From Elusimicrobiota bacterium (GTDB taxonomy: Bacteria; Elusimicrobiota; Elusimicrobia; UBA1565): a DNA stretch of 61,130 bases. Under the pieces are notes generated by a model that saw only the letters and a program-made list of their open reading frames with translations, had not been told where the DNA came from and made no database searches. This document shows, piece by piece, positions 51,546 through 61,130 of this stretch. The first letter of the stretch is position 1. Every line of letters begins with the position of its first letter. The stretch is taken from positions 1-61,130 of the forward strand of contig JBDREN010000030.1 of assembly GCA_043819795.1 (NCBI GenBank). Direction: 5' to 3'. The translations under genes and the position numbers were made by a program.

Positions 51546-52172
51546 TCATCGAGAGTAGTACTCGACGATCAACTGGTCGTTGACCGAGAACGAGCTTTCG
51601 TCTCGGCCCGGTTCGTGGGCCAGTTTCGCGGAAAGCTGCTCGGCGTCGAACTCGATGAACGCGGGGCGCTGCGCCTTCTTCTGCGTGAAATCCAGCGCCA
51701 GCTTCACGTTCACGTTGTCCTTCAGCTTCGGATTGAGCGCGACCTCGTCCCCCACGCGGACATGATACGAGGGGACGTTGATGCTCTTCCCGTTGACCCG
51801 GACATGCCCGTGCTGGACCAGCTGGCGGGCCGTGCTCAGGCTCGTGGCGAACCCGCTGCGCCGCACGATGTTGTCAAGCCGGGTCTCCAGCGCCCGCAGA
51901 AGAACCGCCGCCGAGTTGCCCCGCGTCTTCGACGCCCGGTCCATCAAGCGCCGGAAGGGGCGCTCCGTCATCATGATCATCCGGCGGAGCTTCTGCTTTT
52001 CTCTTAGGCGGATCTGATACCCGGACGGCTTGCCCCGCTGCGGCTTCGCCATCCCGGGAGGGGTCGGACGGCTGTCGAGGACGCACTTCGTATAGCACTT
52101 CTCCCCCTTCAGAAAGAGCTTGGTTTGCTCCCTCCGGCATAGCCTACAGACGGCTTCGGTATACCTGGCCAT
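51546..52172 (-). CDS. rpsD: 30S ribosomal protein S4
   Basis: CRLCRRE, LETRLDN, ARQLVQHGH, IVEYYSR. Confidence 0.97.
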   Translation of the reverse strand: MARYTEAVCRLCRREQTKLFLKGEKCYTKCVLDSRPTPPGMAKPQRGKPSGYQIRLREKQKLRRMIMMTERPFRRLMDRASKTRGNSAAVLLRALETRLDNIVRRSGFATSLSTARQLVQHGHVRVNGKSINVPSYHVRVGDEVALNPKLKDNVNVKLALDFTQKKAQRPAFIEFDAEQLSAKLAHEPGRDESSFSVNDQLIVEYYSR

Positions 52173-52174
52173 GA

Positions 52175-52678
52175 CTACACTCTCCTCGCCTTCGGCGGAC
52201 GGCACCCGTTGTGCGGAACCGCCGAGACGTCTTTGAGCGTGACCACGCGCAGCCCCGCGGCCTCCAAGGCCCGGATGGCGGTCTCGCGGCCGGGGCCCGG
52301 CCCCCTCACGAATATCGCGACCTGCCTGACGCCCAGCTCCGCGGCGCGCCGGCCGGCCTTGGAAGCCGACATCTGCGCCGCGAACGGAGTGCCCTTCTTG
52401 GTGCCCTTAAAGCCGGACATACCCGAGGACGCCCAGCAAAGCACGTTGCCGCGGTCATCGGCGATGGTCACGATGGTGTTGTTGAACGAGGACTGGATGA
52501 ACACCTTCGCGAAGGTGACGGATTTCCAGCTCCGCTTCTGCCGAGGCGCGGTGCTCCGCGCCGCCGGCTGCGCCGCTTCAGGATTCTCATTCGAAGCCGG
52601 CCCTGGGGTCTTCTCTTTCGAAGCCGGCTCTGGGGACTTCTCTTTCGAAGCCGGCTCTGGGGTCTTCTCTTCTGCCAT
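52175..52678 (-). CDS. rpsK: 30S ribosomal protein S11 with repetitive N-terminus
   Basis: [26 protein letters not shown]. Confidence 0.97.
   Translation of the reverse strand: MAEEKTPEPASKEKSPEPASKEKTPGPASNENPEAAQPAARSTAPRQKRSWKSVTFAKVFIQSSFNNTIVTIADDRGNVLCWASSGMSGFKGTKKGTPFAAQMSASKAGRRAAELGVRQVAIFVRGPGPGRETAIRALEAAGLRVVTLKDVSAVPHNGCRPPKARRV
52590..52670 (-). repeat. 27-bp tandem repeat x3 in rpsK
   Basis: TTCGAAGCCGGCTCTGGGGTCTTCTCT units, encoding EKTPEPASK. Confidence 0.95.
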
Positions 52679-52706
52679 ACCCTGGTCCCTCCGATGAATG
52701 GGGCTG

Positions 52707-53096
52707 CTACTTCTTCGCCATGGCGAGCTTGCCGGAGCCCACCGTCTTTCGGCGGCCGCGACGGATGCGCGCGTTCGTCTTGGTCCTCTGGCCGCGCACC
52801 GGAAGGTTCCGGCGGTGCCGCACCCCCCGATAGGATCCGATCTCGATGAGGCGATGGATGTTCTGCTGCACCGCGCGGCGCAGCTCGCCCTCCACCCGGT
52901 ATTCCTTCGTGATGAGCGAACTGAGCAGGCCCACCTGGCTCTCTGTCAGGTTCCTGACCCGGGCGGCCGGATCGATCGTTCCGCTGAGCTTATCCAGGAT
53001 CTCCTTGGCCGTCACCGGCCCGATCCCATAAATGCGGCTCAGCGCGACGTCCACCCGCTTGTTCTGGGGAAGATCGACCCCCGCTATGCGTGCCAT
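52707..53096 (-). CDS. rpsM: 30S ribosomal protein S13
   Basis: [23 protein letters not shown]. Confidence 0.97.
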   Translation of the reverse strand: MARIAGVDLPQNKRVDVALSRIYGIGPVTAKEILDKLSGTIDPAARVRNLTESQVGLLSSLITKEYRVEGELRRAVQQNIHRLIEIGSYRGVRHRRNLPVRGQRTKTNARIRRGRRKTVGSGKLAMAKK

Positions 53097-53105
53097 AACA
53101 ATCTC

Positions 53106-53219
53106 CTATCCCTGGCGTTGCTTGTGGCGGGGATTGGTGCAGATGACCCGCACCACCCGGCCGCGCCGGATGACTTTACACTTCTGACAGATCGGTTTGA
53201 CGCTTGCTCGGACTTTCAT
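53106..53219 (-). CDS. rpmJ: 50S ribosomal protein L36
   Basis: Manual translation [37 protein letters not shown]. Confidence 0.97.
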   Translation of the reverse strand: MKVRASVKPICQKCKVIRRGRVVRVICTNPRHKQRQG

Positions 53220-53239
53220 GGCTATTATCCCATAAACCT

Positions 53240-53458
53240 CTAACGTTCGCGATATACGATACGGCCCCTCGACAAGTCGTACGGAGACAACTCGACTTTC
53301 ACCGTATCACCCGGCATGATCTTGATGTGGTGGACGCGCATCTTGCCGGAAATGTGCGCCAGAATCGCCCGTTTACCGGGGATCTCCACCCGGAACATGG
53401 CGTTCCCCATCGACTCCACGATCTTCCCTTCGACCTCGATCTTATCTTCCTTAGGCAA
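53240..53458 (-). CDS. infA: Translation initiation factor IF-1
   Basis: [21 protein letters not shown]. Confidence 0.97.
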   Translation of the reverse strand: MPKEDKIEVEGKIVESMGNAMFRVEIPGKRAILAHISGKMRVHHIKIMPGDTVKVELSPYDLSRGRIVYRER

Positions 53459-53511
53459 TCATGGCCTCCTGATGCGCTTCCCGGGAGGAACCCCGGGCCG
53501 CGGACCGCTTC

Positions 53512-54285
53512 CTAATCCGACCTCCCGGCCGTCAGGACCTCGGGATCCCCCTCCGTCACGGCGACCGTATGCTCGAAGTGAGCGGAAAGCCTTCCGTCGC
53601 AGGTCACGGCCGTCCACTGGTCGCCGAGCACCCGTACTTCCGGAGCGCCGGCGTTGACCATCGGCTCGAGCGCCAGGACCATGCCCGGCCGCAGGCGCAC
53701 TCCCGTGCCGGCCTTCCCGAAGTTCGGGACCGGCGGGTCCTCGTGGAGCGCGCGGCCGATGCCGTGTCCGACGAACTCGCGGACCACGCTAAACCCCGAC
53801 CTCTCGACGTAGCCCTGGATCGCCGCGCTGATATCACCGACCCGGCGATCGGACCTCATCTGCTCGATGCCCTTGTAAAGCGCCTCCCGCGTGATCTCGA
53901 GCAGCAGTCCGGCCTCCCGAGAGACCCTCCCCACGGGAACCGTCGTCGCCGTATCGGAGTAGAACCCCCGCAGAAAGCACCCGATGTCCAAGCTGACCAG
54001 GTCGCCCTCCTGGAGCATCCGGCCGGCCCGCGGGATCCCGTGAACGACCTCCTGGTTGACCGACGCGCACAGCGCCGCCGGAAAGCCCCGGTACCCCAGG
54101 AAGGCGGGCTTAGCCTTCCGCGCGCGAAGCTCAGCCTCGGCCAGCGAGTCCAGCTCGCCGGTGGAGACGCCGGGGGCTACGCGGGCGATCAGCGCCCCCA
54201 TCACCTCCGCCAGGGCGGCCCCCGCCTCGCGCATGAGGGAGAGCTCCTTGGCGCTCTTCAGATCCACGGACACCGGCCTGAACAC
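53512..54285 (-). CDS. map: Methionine aminopeptidase type I
   Basis: SVNQEVVHGIP, GHGIG..LHEDP, ALEPM, SAHFEHT. Confidence 0.96.
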   Translation of the reverse strand: MFRPVSVDLKSAKELSLMREAGAALAEVMGALIARVAPGVSTGELDSLAEAELRARKAKPAFLGYRGFPAALCASVNQEVVHGIPRAGRMLQEGDLVSLDIGCFLRGFYSDTATTVPVGRVSREAGLLLEITREALYKGIEQMRSDRRVGDISAAIQGYVERSGFSVVREFVGHGIGRALHEDPPVPNFGKAGTGVRLRPGMVLALEPMVNAGAPEVRVLGDQWTAVTCDGRLSAHFEHTVAVTEGDPEVLTAGRSD

Positions 54286-54287
54286 GG

Positions 54288-54383
54288 CTAAGAACCGCTC
54301 CTGGCCGCGAGGACCTCATCGATGGCGGCCGTCAGCGACCTGGTGACGTCCTCGGCCGGGCATCCGAGAAGGACGATCCTCAT
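54288..54383 (-). pseudogene. adk: Adenylate kinase remnant with large in-frame internal deletion
   Basis: MRIVLLGCP-AEDVTRSLTAAIDEVLAARSGS*, in the adk slot between secY and map. Confidence 0.75.
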
Positions 54384-54384
54384 C

Positions 54385-55719
54385 CTATCCCCCACCGACA
54401 TTGAACCACCGTCCGCCTCCGCCCACACGGCCCTTCTTCAGGAATCCCTCGTAGTTGCGCATGATCATATGGGACTCCAGCTTCACCATCGTGTCGAGAG
54501 CCACGCCGACCATGATCAACAGCGCCGTGCCGCCGAAATAGAACGGGATGTTGTATTTCCGCCGCGCGATCTCGGGCAGGACCGCGATGCAGGCCACGAA
54601 AAGCGCCCCGCCGAGCGTGATCCGCTCGAGGACCCACTCGATATAGCGGGCCGTCGGTGCCCCCGGCCGGATACCGGGGACGAACCCGCCCGACTTCTTC
54701 ATGTTCTCGGCGAGGTCCTCCGGGTTTATGCTCACCGAGTTGTAGAAATAGCAGAAAAACACGATCAGGCACCCGTAGGCCAACTGGTAGATCCACCCGC
54801 CCCGGTTCATGAAGCCCATGACCGCCTGACCCACCGGCGAATTCGGCATGAACTGGCCGATCGTCATCGGGACCGCGAGCAAGCTCACGGCGAAGATCAC
54901 CGCGATGACGCCCGATTGATCCACCTTCAACGGCAGGAAGCTCTGGGCGCCGCCGTACATCTTGCGACCGACGACGCGCTTCGCGTACTGCACCGGGATC
55001 TTCCGCTGTGCCGTCTCGACCCAGACGACAAGCAGGATGCCGGCCAGGATCACGCCCAGGATGAGCAGCGCCCGGATCAGCCCGATCTCCTCGGCCTGGA
55101 CCAGCTGGATGAGAGCCACGATCCCCCCCGGCATGACGTCGACGATCCCGGCGAAGATGATCAGCGAGATGCCGTTGCCGATGCCTTGCTCCGTCATCTG
55201 CTCGCCGAGCCACATGATGAATACCGTGCCCGTCGTGAGCGTCAGCACGGTGACGACGTAGAAGAACGGAGTCGGATCCGAGACGACCGGGATCCCGCCG
55301 GGCGTCGGCATCTTGGTGATCATGATCGTCAGGCCGAACGACTGGAAAGACGCCAGAAAGAGTGTCAAGTACCGCGTGAGCTGGTTGAGCTTGCGGCGTC
55401 CGAGTTCCCCTTCCTTATGGAGCCGATCCAGGTACGGCAGCACGTGCGCCCCGCCCAGCAGGCTCATGATGATCGAGGCGTTGATGTACGGCATGACGCC
55501 CATCGAGAATATGGAAAACTGGCCGAGCGCCCCGCCCGAGAATATGTTCAGGATGCCCAGCAGAGAGCTCGTCTGGGCCTGAAAGATCTGGCGCAACGCC
55601 TCGGCGTTGATGTTGGGGATCGGGATCGCCGCGCCCAGGCGATAAATCGCCAGACACCCGAAGGTGAACAGGATCCGCTTGCGCAGGTCCGGAACCTCGA
55701 GGATGTCCGATATCTTCAT
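54385..55719 (-). CDS. secY: Preprotein translocase SecY
   Basis: MGVMPYINASII, GIGNGISLIIFAG, IPVQY, PGIRPG, FGGTALLI. Confidence 0.98.
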   Translation of the reverse strand: MKISDILEVPDLRKRILFTFGCLAIYRLGAAIPIPNINAEALRQIFQAQTSSLLGILNIFSGGALGQFSIFSMGVMPYINASIIMSLLGGAHVLPYLDRLHKEGELGRRKLNQLTRYLTLFLASFQSFGLTIMITKMPTPGGIPVVSDPTPFFYVVTVLTLTTGTVFIMWLGEQMTEQGIGNGISLIIFAGIVDVMPGGIVALIQLVQAEEIGLIRALLILGVILAGILLVVWVETAQRKIPVQYAKRVVGRKMYGGAQSFLPLKVDQSGVIAVIFAVSLLAVPMTIGQFMPNSPVGQAVMGFMNRGGWIYQLAYGCLIVFFCYFYNSVSINPEDLAENMKKSGGFVPGIRPGAPTARYIEWVLERITLGGALFVACIAVLPEIARRKYNIPFYFGGTALLIMVGVALDTMVKLESHMIMRNYEGFLKKGRVGGGGRWFNVGGG

Positions 55720-56192
55720 CCCGAGCCTCGCTTCCGGCCGACGACCTCGGCGCTGCCGCCCGCCTTCTCGATCTTCTGCTGCGCGCTCTTGGAAAACGCG
55801 TGGGCCTGGACCTTCAAGGGCCTCGCGAGCTCGCCGTCGGCGAGGACCTTAACCGGCAGGCGGCCCTTGATCAGGCCATGGACCCGCAGGGCCTCGAGAT
55901 TGACCTCGTTCTGGTTCTTGAATACCCGCGCCAAATCCTCGATGTGCACCACCTGGAACTCGGTCCGGAACGCGGTGTTCCGGAAACCCCGCTTCGGGAT
56001 GCGCATGAACAGCGGGACCTGCCCCCCCTCGAACCGGGCGGACTTCCCGTCTCCGGAGCGGGAGCGCTGCCCCTTGTGGCCGCGCCCGCTCGTCTTTCCG
56101 CGCCCCGAGCCGAGCCCTTTGCCCAGCCGCTTGTGACCTCGGCGCGAGCCCCGCCCTGGAGCCAATGAATTCAGACCAATCGGAGTAGTCAT
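55716..56192 (-). CDS. rplO: 50S ribosomal protein L15
   Basis: GKTSGRGHKGQ, FEGGQ. Confidence 0.97.
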   Translation of the reverse strand: MTTPIGLNSLAPGRGSRRGHKRLGKGLGSGRGKTSGRGHKGQRSRSGDGKSARFEGGQVPLFMRIPKRGFRNTAFRTEFQVVHIEDLARVFKNQNEVNLEALRVHGLIKGRLPVKVLADGELARPLKVQAHAFSKSAQQKIEKAGGSAEVVGRKRGSG

Positions 56193-56264
56193 AATAATCC
56201 CCTCAAAATACGGACGTCCTATCGGCGGGCGGCATGGTCCGCCCGAAACGGGCGCGACAGAGCG

Positions 56265-56843
56265 TCATCCTCGTCCTCTCAGCTTCTGGATCGCCTCCCT
56301 AGTCTTCAGCTCCTTCAGCCCCTCGATCGTCGCGTAGACCATGCTGAAGTGGTTGTTGCTCCCGAGGCTCTTGGTCAGGATGTTTTTGACGCCGGCCGCC
56401 TCGAGCACGTTCCGTACCCCGCCGCCCGCGGTCACGCCGGTGCCCGGCGCCGCGGGCTTCATCCAGACCTTGCCCGCGCCGTAGACCCCGACGACCTCGT
56501 GCGGGATAGTGTCGTGGACGAGATCGAACTTCACCATGCTCTTGCGCGCCTTGGACGCCCCTTTCTGGATCGCGAACTGGATGTCCTTCGACTTGCCGAG
56601 ACCGCAGCCCACGGAGCCCTTCTTATCGCCGACAACGACGAGGATGCCGAACGAGAAGCGCTTGCCTCCCTTGACCGTCTTCGACACGCGATTGATCGAG
56701 ACGACGATCTCGGTAAGGCCCAGCTGCTCCGACTCGGTCTGGCGGCGGGGGAAGCGTCCCCGCCCCCCGGAGCGCCGAAAGCCCTGCCGTCCGGGCATCG
56801 ACCCCGGCCGCGCTGGAGCGGCGGTTCGTGTGTTTTCAACCAT
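56265..56843 (-). CDS. rpsE: 30S ribosomal protein S5
   Basis: [23 protein letters not shown]. Confidence 0.97.
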   Translation of the reverse strand: MVENTRTAAPARPGSMPGRQGFRRSGGRGRFPRRQTESEQLGLTEIVVSINRVSKTVKGGKRFSFGILVVVGDKKGSVGCGLGKSKDIQFAIQKGASKARKSMVKFDLVHDTIPHEVVGVYGAGKVWMKPAAPGTGVTAGGGVRNVLEAAGVKNILTKSLGSNNHFSMVYATIEGLKELKTREAIQKLRGRG

Positions 56844-56886
56844 GGTGGGGCTTCTCCTTTGTCCGCTGGGAAATCATGACGTCATC

Positions 56887-57249
56887 CTAGAATTTGAGTC
56901 CCGCTTGGCGCGCGGCGTCGGCCAGCACCTTGACCCGCCCGTGGTAGATGTGGCCCCCGCGGTCGAAGACCACTCGCTCGACGCCGGCCTTCAACGCCTT
57001 CTCGGCGATGAGCTGCCCGACGATCTTCGCGTCCTTCATGTTCTTCGAGCATTTTCGGTCGCCCCGTATCTCCTTTGCCCGCGAGGACGCCGACGCGACG
57101 GTCACTCCCTTCACGTCGTCGATCACCTGCACGTAGAAATACTTGAGCGACCGGCGCACGCAGAGACGGGGAACGCCCCTGTCGCCTCGCCGGATGTGCC
57201 TCCGCGTCCGGTCCTTGCGGTACTTAAAACGAATCCGTTTGTCTTTCAT
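56887..57249 (-). CDS. rplR: 50S ribosomal protein L18
   Basis: VVFDRGG.IYHGRV. Confidence 0.96.
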   Translation of the reverse strand: MKDKRIRFKYRKDRTRRHIRRGDRGVPRLCVRRSLKYFYVQVIDDVKGVTVASASSRAKEIRGDRKCSKNMKDAKIVGQLIAEKALKAGVERVVFDRGGHIYHGRVKVLADAARQAGLKF

Positions 57250-57269
57250 GATGCCTGTGCCTCAGGTCC

Positions 57270-57845
57270 CTACTTCTTGGCCCCCACCCCGCCGGGGCCC
57301 GCGGCCGTCTTGCCGGCCTTGCGCTGCACCCGCTCGCCGTCATAGCGGATTCCCTTGCCCTTATAAGGCTCCGGTGGCTTGATGCGGCGGATCCGAGCCG
57401 CCGTCTGTCCTACAAGGTCCTTGTCGATCCCGCTGATGGTAAGCTTCGTCGCCTTCTTGTCGGACTCGACCTTCACGCCCTTCGGGACATCGAACTCGAC
57501 CGGATGCGACAGCCCCACGTTCAGGACGAGCTTCTGCCCCGAGACCTGGGCCTTATATCCGAGCCCGCGGATCTCGAGCATCTTCTTGAAACCCGCGTGG
57601 ACGCCCGACACAACGTTGGCCACCCTCGAGCGGGCCATCCCGTGGAGGGCGTTCACGTTGGGCGCCTCCGCTATCGCGACGGTCGTGGAGAGGACCAGAA
57701 CCTCGCCCTGCTGCTCCACCTTCACCTCCGGCGGGATCGTCAGCTGCAACTCCCCGAGGGGGCCCGTCGCCTTCACAAGAGAATCCTTGATCTGGACCCG
57801 GACCCCGGCCGGGATCGTGATCGGTGTCTTCCCGACGCGACTCAT
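57270..57845 (-). CDS. rplF: 50S ribosomal protein L6
   Basis: MSRVGK, PEPYKGKGIRY. Confidence 0.97.
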   Translation of the reverse strand: MSRVGKTPITIPAGVRVQIKDSLVKATGPLGELQLTIPPEVKVEQQGEVLVLSTTVAIAEAPNVNALHGMARSRVANVVSGVHAGFKKMLEIRGLGYKAQVSGQKLVLNVGLSHPVEFDVPKGVKVESDKKATKLTISGIDKDLVGQTAARIRRIKPPEPYKGKGIRYDGERVQRKAGKTAAGPGGVGAKK

Positions 57846-57876
57846 AATTCAAATCCTCCGTTTCCTCTCCGCCGTC

Positions 57877-58272
57877 CTACCATACCTGGCAAAGCACTTC
57901 CCCCCCCACTTTCTTCGCGCGCGCCTGCTTATCGGTCAGCAGCCCTTGCGAGGTGGAGAGGATCGTCACGGCGAACCCCCCGCCCCGCGGACGCGGGATA
58001 TCACGGTGGGACCGGTAGATGCGCAGCCCCGGGCGCGAGACCCGGCGGATGCCGCGGACGACGCGCTCCTTCGTGGGCGAATACTTCAGGAATATCCGCA
58101 AGGTGGACCTTTTGTCCTCGCCCATCAGCGTCTTGTAGTTCGCGATAAACCCCTCATCCTTAAGGATGCGCGCGATGCCGAGCTTCAGGCTCGACAGCGG
58201 CATGTCGACGCGATCCTTCAGCTTCGCGTTCGCGTTCCGGATACGTGTCAAGAAGTCCGCGACGATATCCAT
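57877..58272 (-). CDS. rpsH: 30S ribosomal protein S8
   Basis: ADFLTRIRNA, SRPGLRIY, GGEVLC. Confidence 0.97.
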   Translation of the reverse strand: MDIVADFLTRIRNANAKLKDRVDMPLSSLKLGIARILKDEGFIANYKTLMGEDKRSTLRIFLKYSPTKERVVRGIRRVSRPGLRIYRSHRDIPRPRGGGFAVTILSTSQGLLTDKQARAKKVGGEVLCQVW

Positions 58273-58282
58273 CTCCGCACCC

Positions 58283-58468
58283 CTACCAGGAAGATTTCCG
58301 CACGCCCGGGAGATGGCCCTGGTGCGCCATCTTCCGGAAGCAGATCCTGCAAAGCCCGAAGTCGCGCATGTACGCTCGAGGGCGCCCGCAGAGCTGGCAC
58401 CGGTTCCTGTAGCGCACGGCGAACTTCTGCGGCTTCTTCAGTTTAGCGACTATCGCATTCGTAGCCAT
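58283..58468 (-). CDS. rpsN: 30S ribosomal protein S14 type Z (zinc-binding)
   Basis: RCQLCGR, LCRICFR. Confidence 0.96.
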   Translation of the reverse strand: MATNAIVAKLKKPQKFAVRYRNRCQLCGRPRAYMRDFGLCRICFRKMAHQGHLPGVRKSSW

Positions 58469-58474
58469 AAATCC

Positions 58475-59212
58475 TTACCCCTTGCCCGCTTCCTGCCCTC
58501 CGGCAGAAGCGGCCCTTTTCTTGAACGGCATGCCCATCCGGCCGAGGAACTCGAGCGCGTCCTTATCGGTGACGGCCGTCGTCACGAAAGTGATGTTCAT
58601 CCCCCGCGCCTTCGGCGACTTCTCAAGGTCGATCTCGGAGAAGATGTGATGCTCCCTGAGCCCGAGGTTATAGTTCCCCATCCCGTCGAACCCCTTCGGC
58701 TCGAGGCCCCGGAAGTCCCGAATGCGGGGGACCGCCGTCGATACGAGGCGGTCCAAGAACTCGTACATCCTGTCGCCCCGGAGCGTGACGCGCAGGCCGA
58801 TCGGCATCCCCTCGCGCAGCTTGAAGTTCGAGATCGACTTCTTCGCGCGCCGCACCTGCGGGAGCTGGCCGACGATCTGGCCCAGATCGTCACGCGCCGA
58901 GTCCAGCGCCTGGATGTTCTCCTTGGCCTCCGAGACCCCCATATTCACCACGATCTTCATGAGGCGCGGGACCTCAAACAGGTTCCCGAGCCCCGCATCC
59001 TTCATGATCTCCGGACCCACCTGCTCGAAGTAACGCCTTTTGAGCCGGGGCGCCTCCGTGATCTTCTCGATGACACCCCGGCCGCCCTTATCCTTCGCCT
59101 TGCCCTTCGCCTGCCCCTTGTCCTTCGCCTTGTCCTTCGCCTTGTCCTTCGCCTTATCCTTCCCCTGCGGCGCCTTCTGCTGTCCTTTTTTCTTTTCCTT
59201 TTCCTTAGCCAT
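58475..59212 (-). CDS. rplE: 50S ribosomal protein L5 with Lys-rich N-terminal extension
   Basis: KIVVNMG, FKLREG, RIRDFRG; KDKA 12-bp repeats at ~59087-59162. Confidence 0.97.
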   Translation of the reverse strand: MAKEKEKKKGQQKAPQGKDKAKDKAKDKAKDKGQAKGKAKDKGGRGVIEKITEAPRLKRRYFEQVGPEIMKDAGLGNLFEVPRLMKIVVNMGVSEAKENIQALDSARDDLGQIVGQLPQVRRAKKSISNFKLREGMPIGLRVTLRGDRMYEFLDRLVSTAVPRIRDFRGLEPKGFDGMGNYNLGLREHHIFSEIDLEKSPKARGMNITFVTTAVTDKDALEFLGRMGMPFKKRAASAGGQEAGKG

Positions 59213-59229
59213 GTCGACCTACACTCTAC

Positions 59230-59547
59230 TCAAAGGATCACTTCCGAGCACTTCCCGCAGACCCTGACCCGCTCGCCGGTGGAAAGTTTGTCCAGCCTGG
59301 GCCGGACCGGTTGTTCGCATTTCGGGCATACCAGCATCACATTCGACGCGTGGAGCGGCATCTCCTTCTGCTGGCGGCCGCCCGGCTCGGTCTGCGTCGG
59401 TTTGGAATGCTTCATGGCGACGTTGACCTTCGCCACGAGAACGCTGCCTTTCTCCGGAAAGACCTTGCGGACCTCTCCCTTCTTCCCTCGATCCTTTCCG
59501 GCCAGCACCAGGACCGTGTCTTTCTTCCTAATCTTGTACTTTCCCAT
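59230..59547 (-). CDS. rplX: 50S ribosomal protein L24
   Basis: KOW motif AGKDRGKKG, PLHASNV. Confidence 0.96.
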   Translation of the reverse strand: MGKYKIRKKDTVLVLAGKDRGKKGEVRKVFPEKGSVLVAKVNVAMKHSKPTQTEPGGRQQKEMPLHASNVMLVCPKCEQPVRPRLDKLSTGERVRVCGKCSEVIL

Positions 59548-59567
59548 AGCGCTCTCTTGGGCCCCCG

Positions 59568-59936
59568 TCAGAGAACCTCCGGGGCCAGGGATATGATTTT
59601 GAGGAACTCCTTATCGCGCAATTCGCGAGCCACGGGCCCGAATACGCGCGTGCCTTTCGGCTCGCCCTTCTCGTCGACCACGCAAGCCGCGTTGTCGTCG
59701 AAGCGAATGTGCGATCCGTCCTTCCTCTGGCGCGGATGCCGCATGCGGATGATCACGGCTCTCACGATCTCGCCTTTCTTGATCGCGCCGCGCGGTATCG
59801 CATCCTTGACCGAGCAGATGATGATGTCGCCCAAGGTCGCGTAACGCCGGGAGGTGCCGCCGAGCACCTTGAAGCACTGCAGCTTGCGCGCCCCGGAGTT
59901 GTCGGCTACGTCGAGGATTGTCTGAAGCTGAATCAT
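59568..59936 (-). CDS. rplN: 50S ribosomal protein L14
   Basis: [26 protein letters not shown]. Confidence 0.98.
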   Translation of the reverse strand: MIQLQTILDVADNSGARKLQCFKVLGGTSRRYATLGDIIICSVKDAIPRGAIKKGEIVRAVIIRMRHPRQRKDGSHIRFDDNAACVVDEKGEPKGTRVFGPVARELRDKEFLKIISLAPEVL

Positions 59937-59957
59937 GTCTAGCCTCCCGGCCCCCCC

Positions 59958-60317
59958 TTACTCGGGCCCCGCGCCGGAGGCGCCTGCCGAGGCCGGAGCC
60001 GGAGCCGCCGCCGAGGCCGAGGGCTGCTTGGCGGCCCTCGGAGCCGCCTTCACGACCCGGACGAAGCGCCATCGCTTCAGCTTCGATAGCGGGCGGGTGC
60101 CCATGATCTCGATGAGGTCGCCCTTCTGCGACTCGTTCTTCTCGTCATGGACATAGAACTTCGCCCGTTTCTGGATGACCTTCTCGTAGCGCGGGTGCCG
60201 TGTGCGCCGCTCGACGCTGACGACACGCGTCTTGTCGGCCTTGTCCGAAAGCACGACGCCCACGAACCTATGGCGGCGGCCGCGTACCGGTTTATCAGCG
60301 GCAGAATCTGTCGTCAT
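59958..60317 (-). CDS. rpsQ: 30S ribosomal protein S17
   Basis: HPRYEK, HDEKN, TRPLSKLKRW. Confidence 0.96.
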   Translation of the reverse strand: MTTDSAADKPVRGRRHRFVGVVLSDKADKTRVVSVERRTRHPRYEKVIQKRAKFYVHDEKNESQKGDLIEIMGTRPLSKLKRWRFVRVVKAAPRAAKQPSASAAAPAPASAGASGAGPE

Positions 60318-60321
60318 GGCC

Positions 60322-60534
60322 TTACTCCTTGTTGGTTTCCAGCTCGCGTTTGCGAATCCACGTCTGAAGCCGAGCGATGTTCCGCCGCACCGCCCTCAAC
60401 TCGAGAGGATTCTGGAGAGGCGTAACCCTATGCTTGAACTGCAGCTTGAACCGCTTCGCCCGCAGCTGAGTCAGCTCCGCTCGAAGCTCGCCGACCGAAA
60501 GGCTCCTTTTGCGCTCCTTCTCTTTGCGTTTCAT
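60322..60534 (-). CDS. rpmC: 50S ribosomal protein L29
   Basis: [19 protein letters not shown]; synteny. Confidence 0.93.
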   Translation of the reverse strand: MKRKEKERKRSLSVGELRAELTQLRAKRFKLQFKHRVTPLQNPLELRAVRRNIARLQTWIRKRELETNKE

Positions 60535-60947
60535 ATCTCTTCCCGAACCACGAACCTCGTCCTGATCGGCAGCTTGTGAGCCGCCCGCTTGAAGGCCTCG
60601 CGGGCGATCTGCTCGGGGACGCCGTCGACCTCGAAAAGGATGCGCCCCGGCTTCACCACCGCGGCCCAAGACTCGGGCGCCCCCTTGCCCTTCCCCATGC
60701 GGGTCTCGGCCGGATGCTTGGTTATCGCCTTGTCCGGGAAAAGGCGGACCCAGAGCTTGCCGCCCTTCTTCATGTGCCGGGTGACGGCGATGCGGCAAGC
60801 CTCGATCTGCCGGGCCGTAATCCACCTGGACTGCAGCGCCTTCAGCCCGTATTCCCCGAACGCGATCCGCGTCCCTCTCTTCGCGTAGCCCTTAATGTAA
60901 GGCTTCGTCTGCGGCTTCCTGTACTTGACTCGTTTAGGCATCAACAT
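60531..60947 (-). CDS. rplP: 50S ribosomal protein L16
   Basis: [20 protein letters not shown]. Confidence 0.98.
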   Translation of the reverse strand: MLMPKRVKYRKPQTKPYIKGYAKRGTRIAFGEYGLKALQSRWITARQIEACRIAVTRHMKKGGKLWVRLFPDKAITKHPAETRMGKGKGAPESWAAVVKPGRILFEVDGVPEQIAREAFKRAAHKLPIRTRFVVREEI

Positions 60948-60951
60948 CGGA

Positions 60952-61130
60952 TCAAGACTCCTTTGCGGCGTCCTCGTCGCCCTCCGGCGCAGGCGCGGGC
61001 GCGGGCGCTGACTCCTCGCCCGACAGCTGGGCGAGCGCTGACGCAGGCAACTCCGGCATGGCGGGAGCCTTCCCGCCAGCGGGCGCGGGCGCGGGCGCCG
61101 CCGCTGGTCCGGGCCCGGCGGCGGGCTGGG
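60952..61130 (-). CDS. rpsC: Pro/Ala-rich C-terminal tail, probably ribosomal protein S3 (partial)
   Basis: Open frame ending 4 nt before rplP; identity from synteny only. Confidence 0.65.
   Translation of the reverse strand, partial: QPAAGPGPAAAPAPAPAGGKAPAMPELPASALAQLSGEESAPAPAPAPEGDEDAAKES

Overview
High-GC bacterial core-genome window, mostly minus-strand genes. It contains an aro/trp supercluster (trpE-G-D-CF-B-A, aroF, aroA, aroE), a stand-alone bacterial histone gene, an M16 peptidase, hemE-H-Y, a tandem-PC4 protein, a receptor-like TPR-TM-Ser/Thr kinase, mutS-mutL, queC/queE, a short Rho lacking its RNA-binding domain, murI/amidase/rne, mreBCD-mrdA-rodA, and the alpha/spc/S10 ribosomal protein genes. 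The gene content suggests Elusimicrobiota or a similar lineage (inference only). Structure not explained by the genes: (1) a modular dispersed repeat family read in frame inside ferrochelatase and PBP2 and present at three other sites; (2) a second ~84-bp hairpin repeat family with compensatory changes; (3) two promoter-to-hairpin non-coding units (candidate sRNAs); (4) a 31-codon adk remnant; (5) a 1-bp frameshift fusing mutS to mutL; (6) repeated leaderless promoter architecture. No CRISPR array, rRNA, tRNA or transposase was recognised. Protein calls come from motif recognition and synteny, not database searches.
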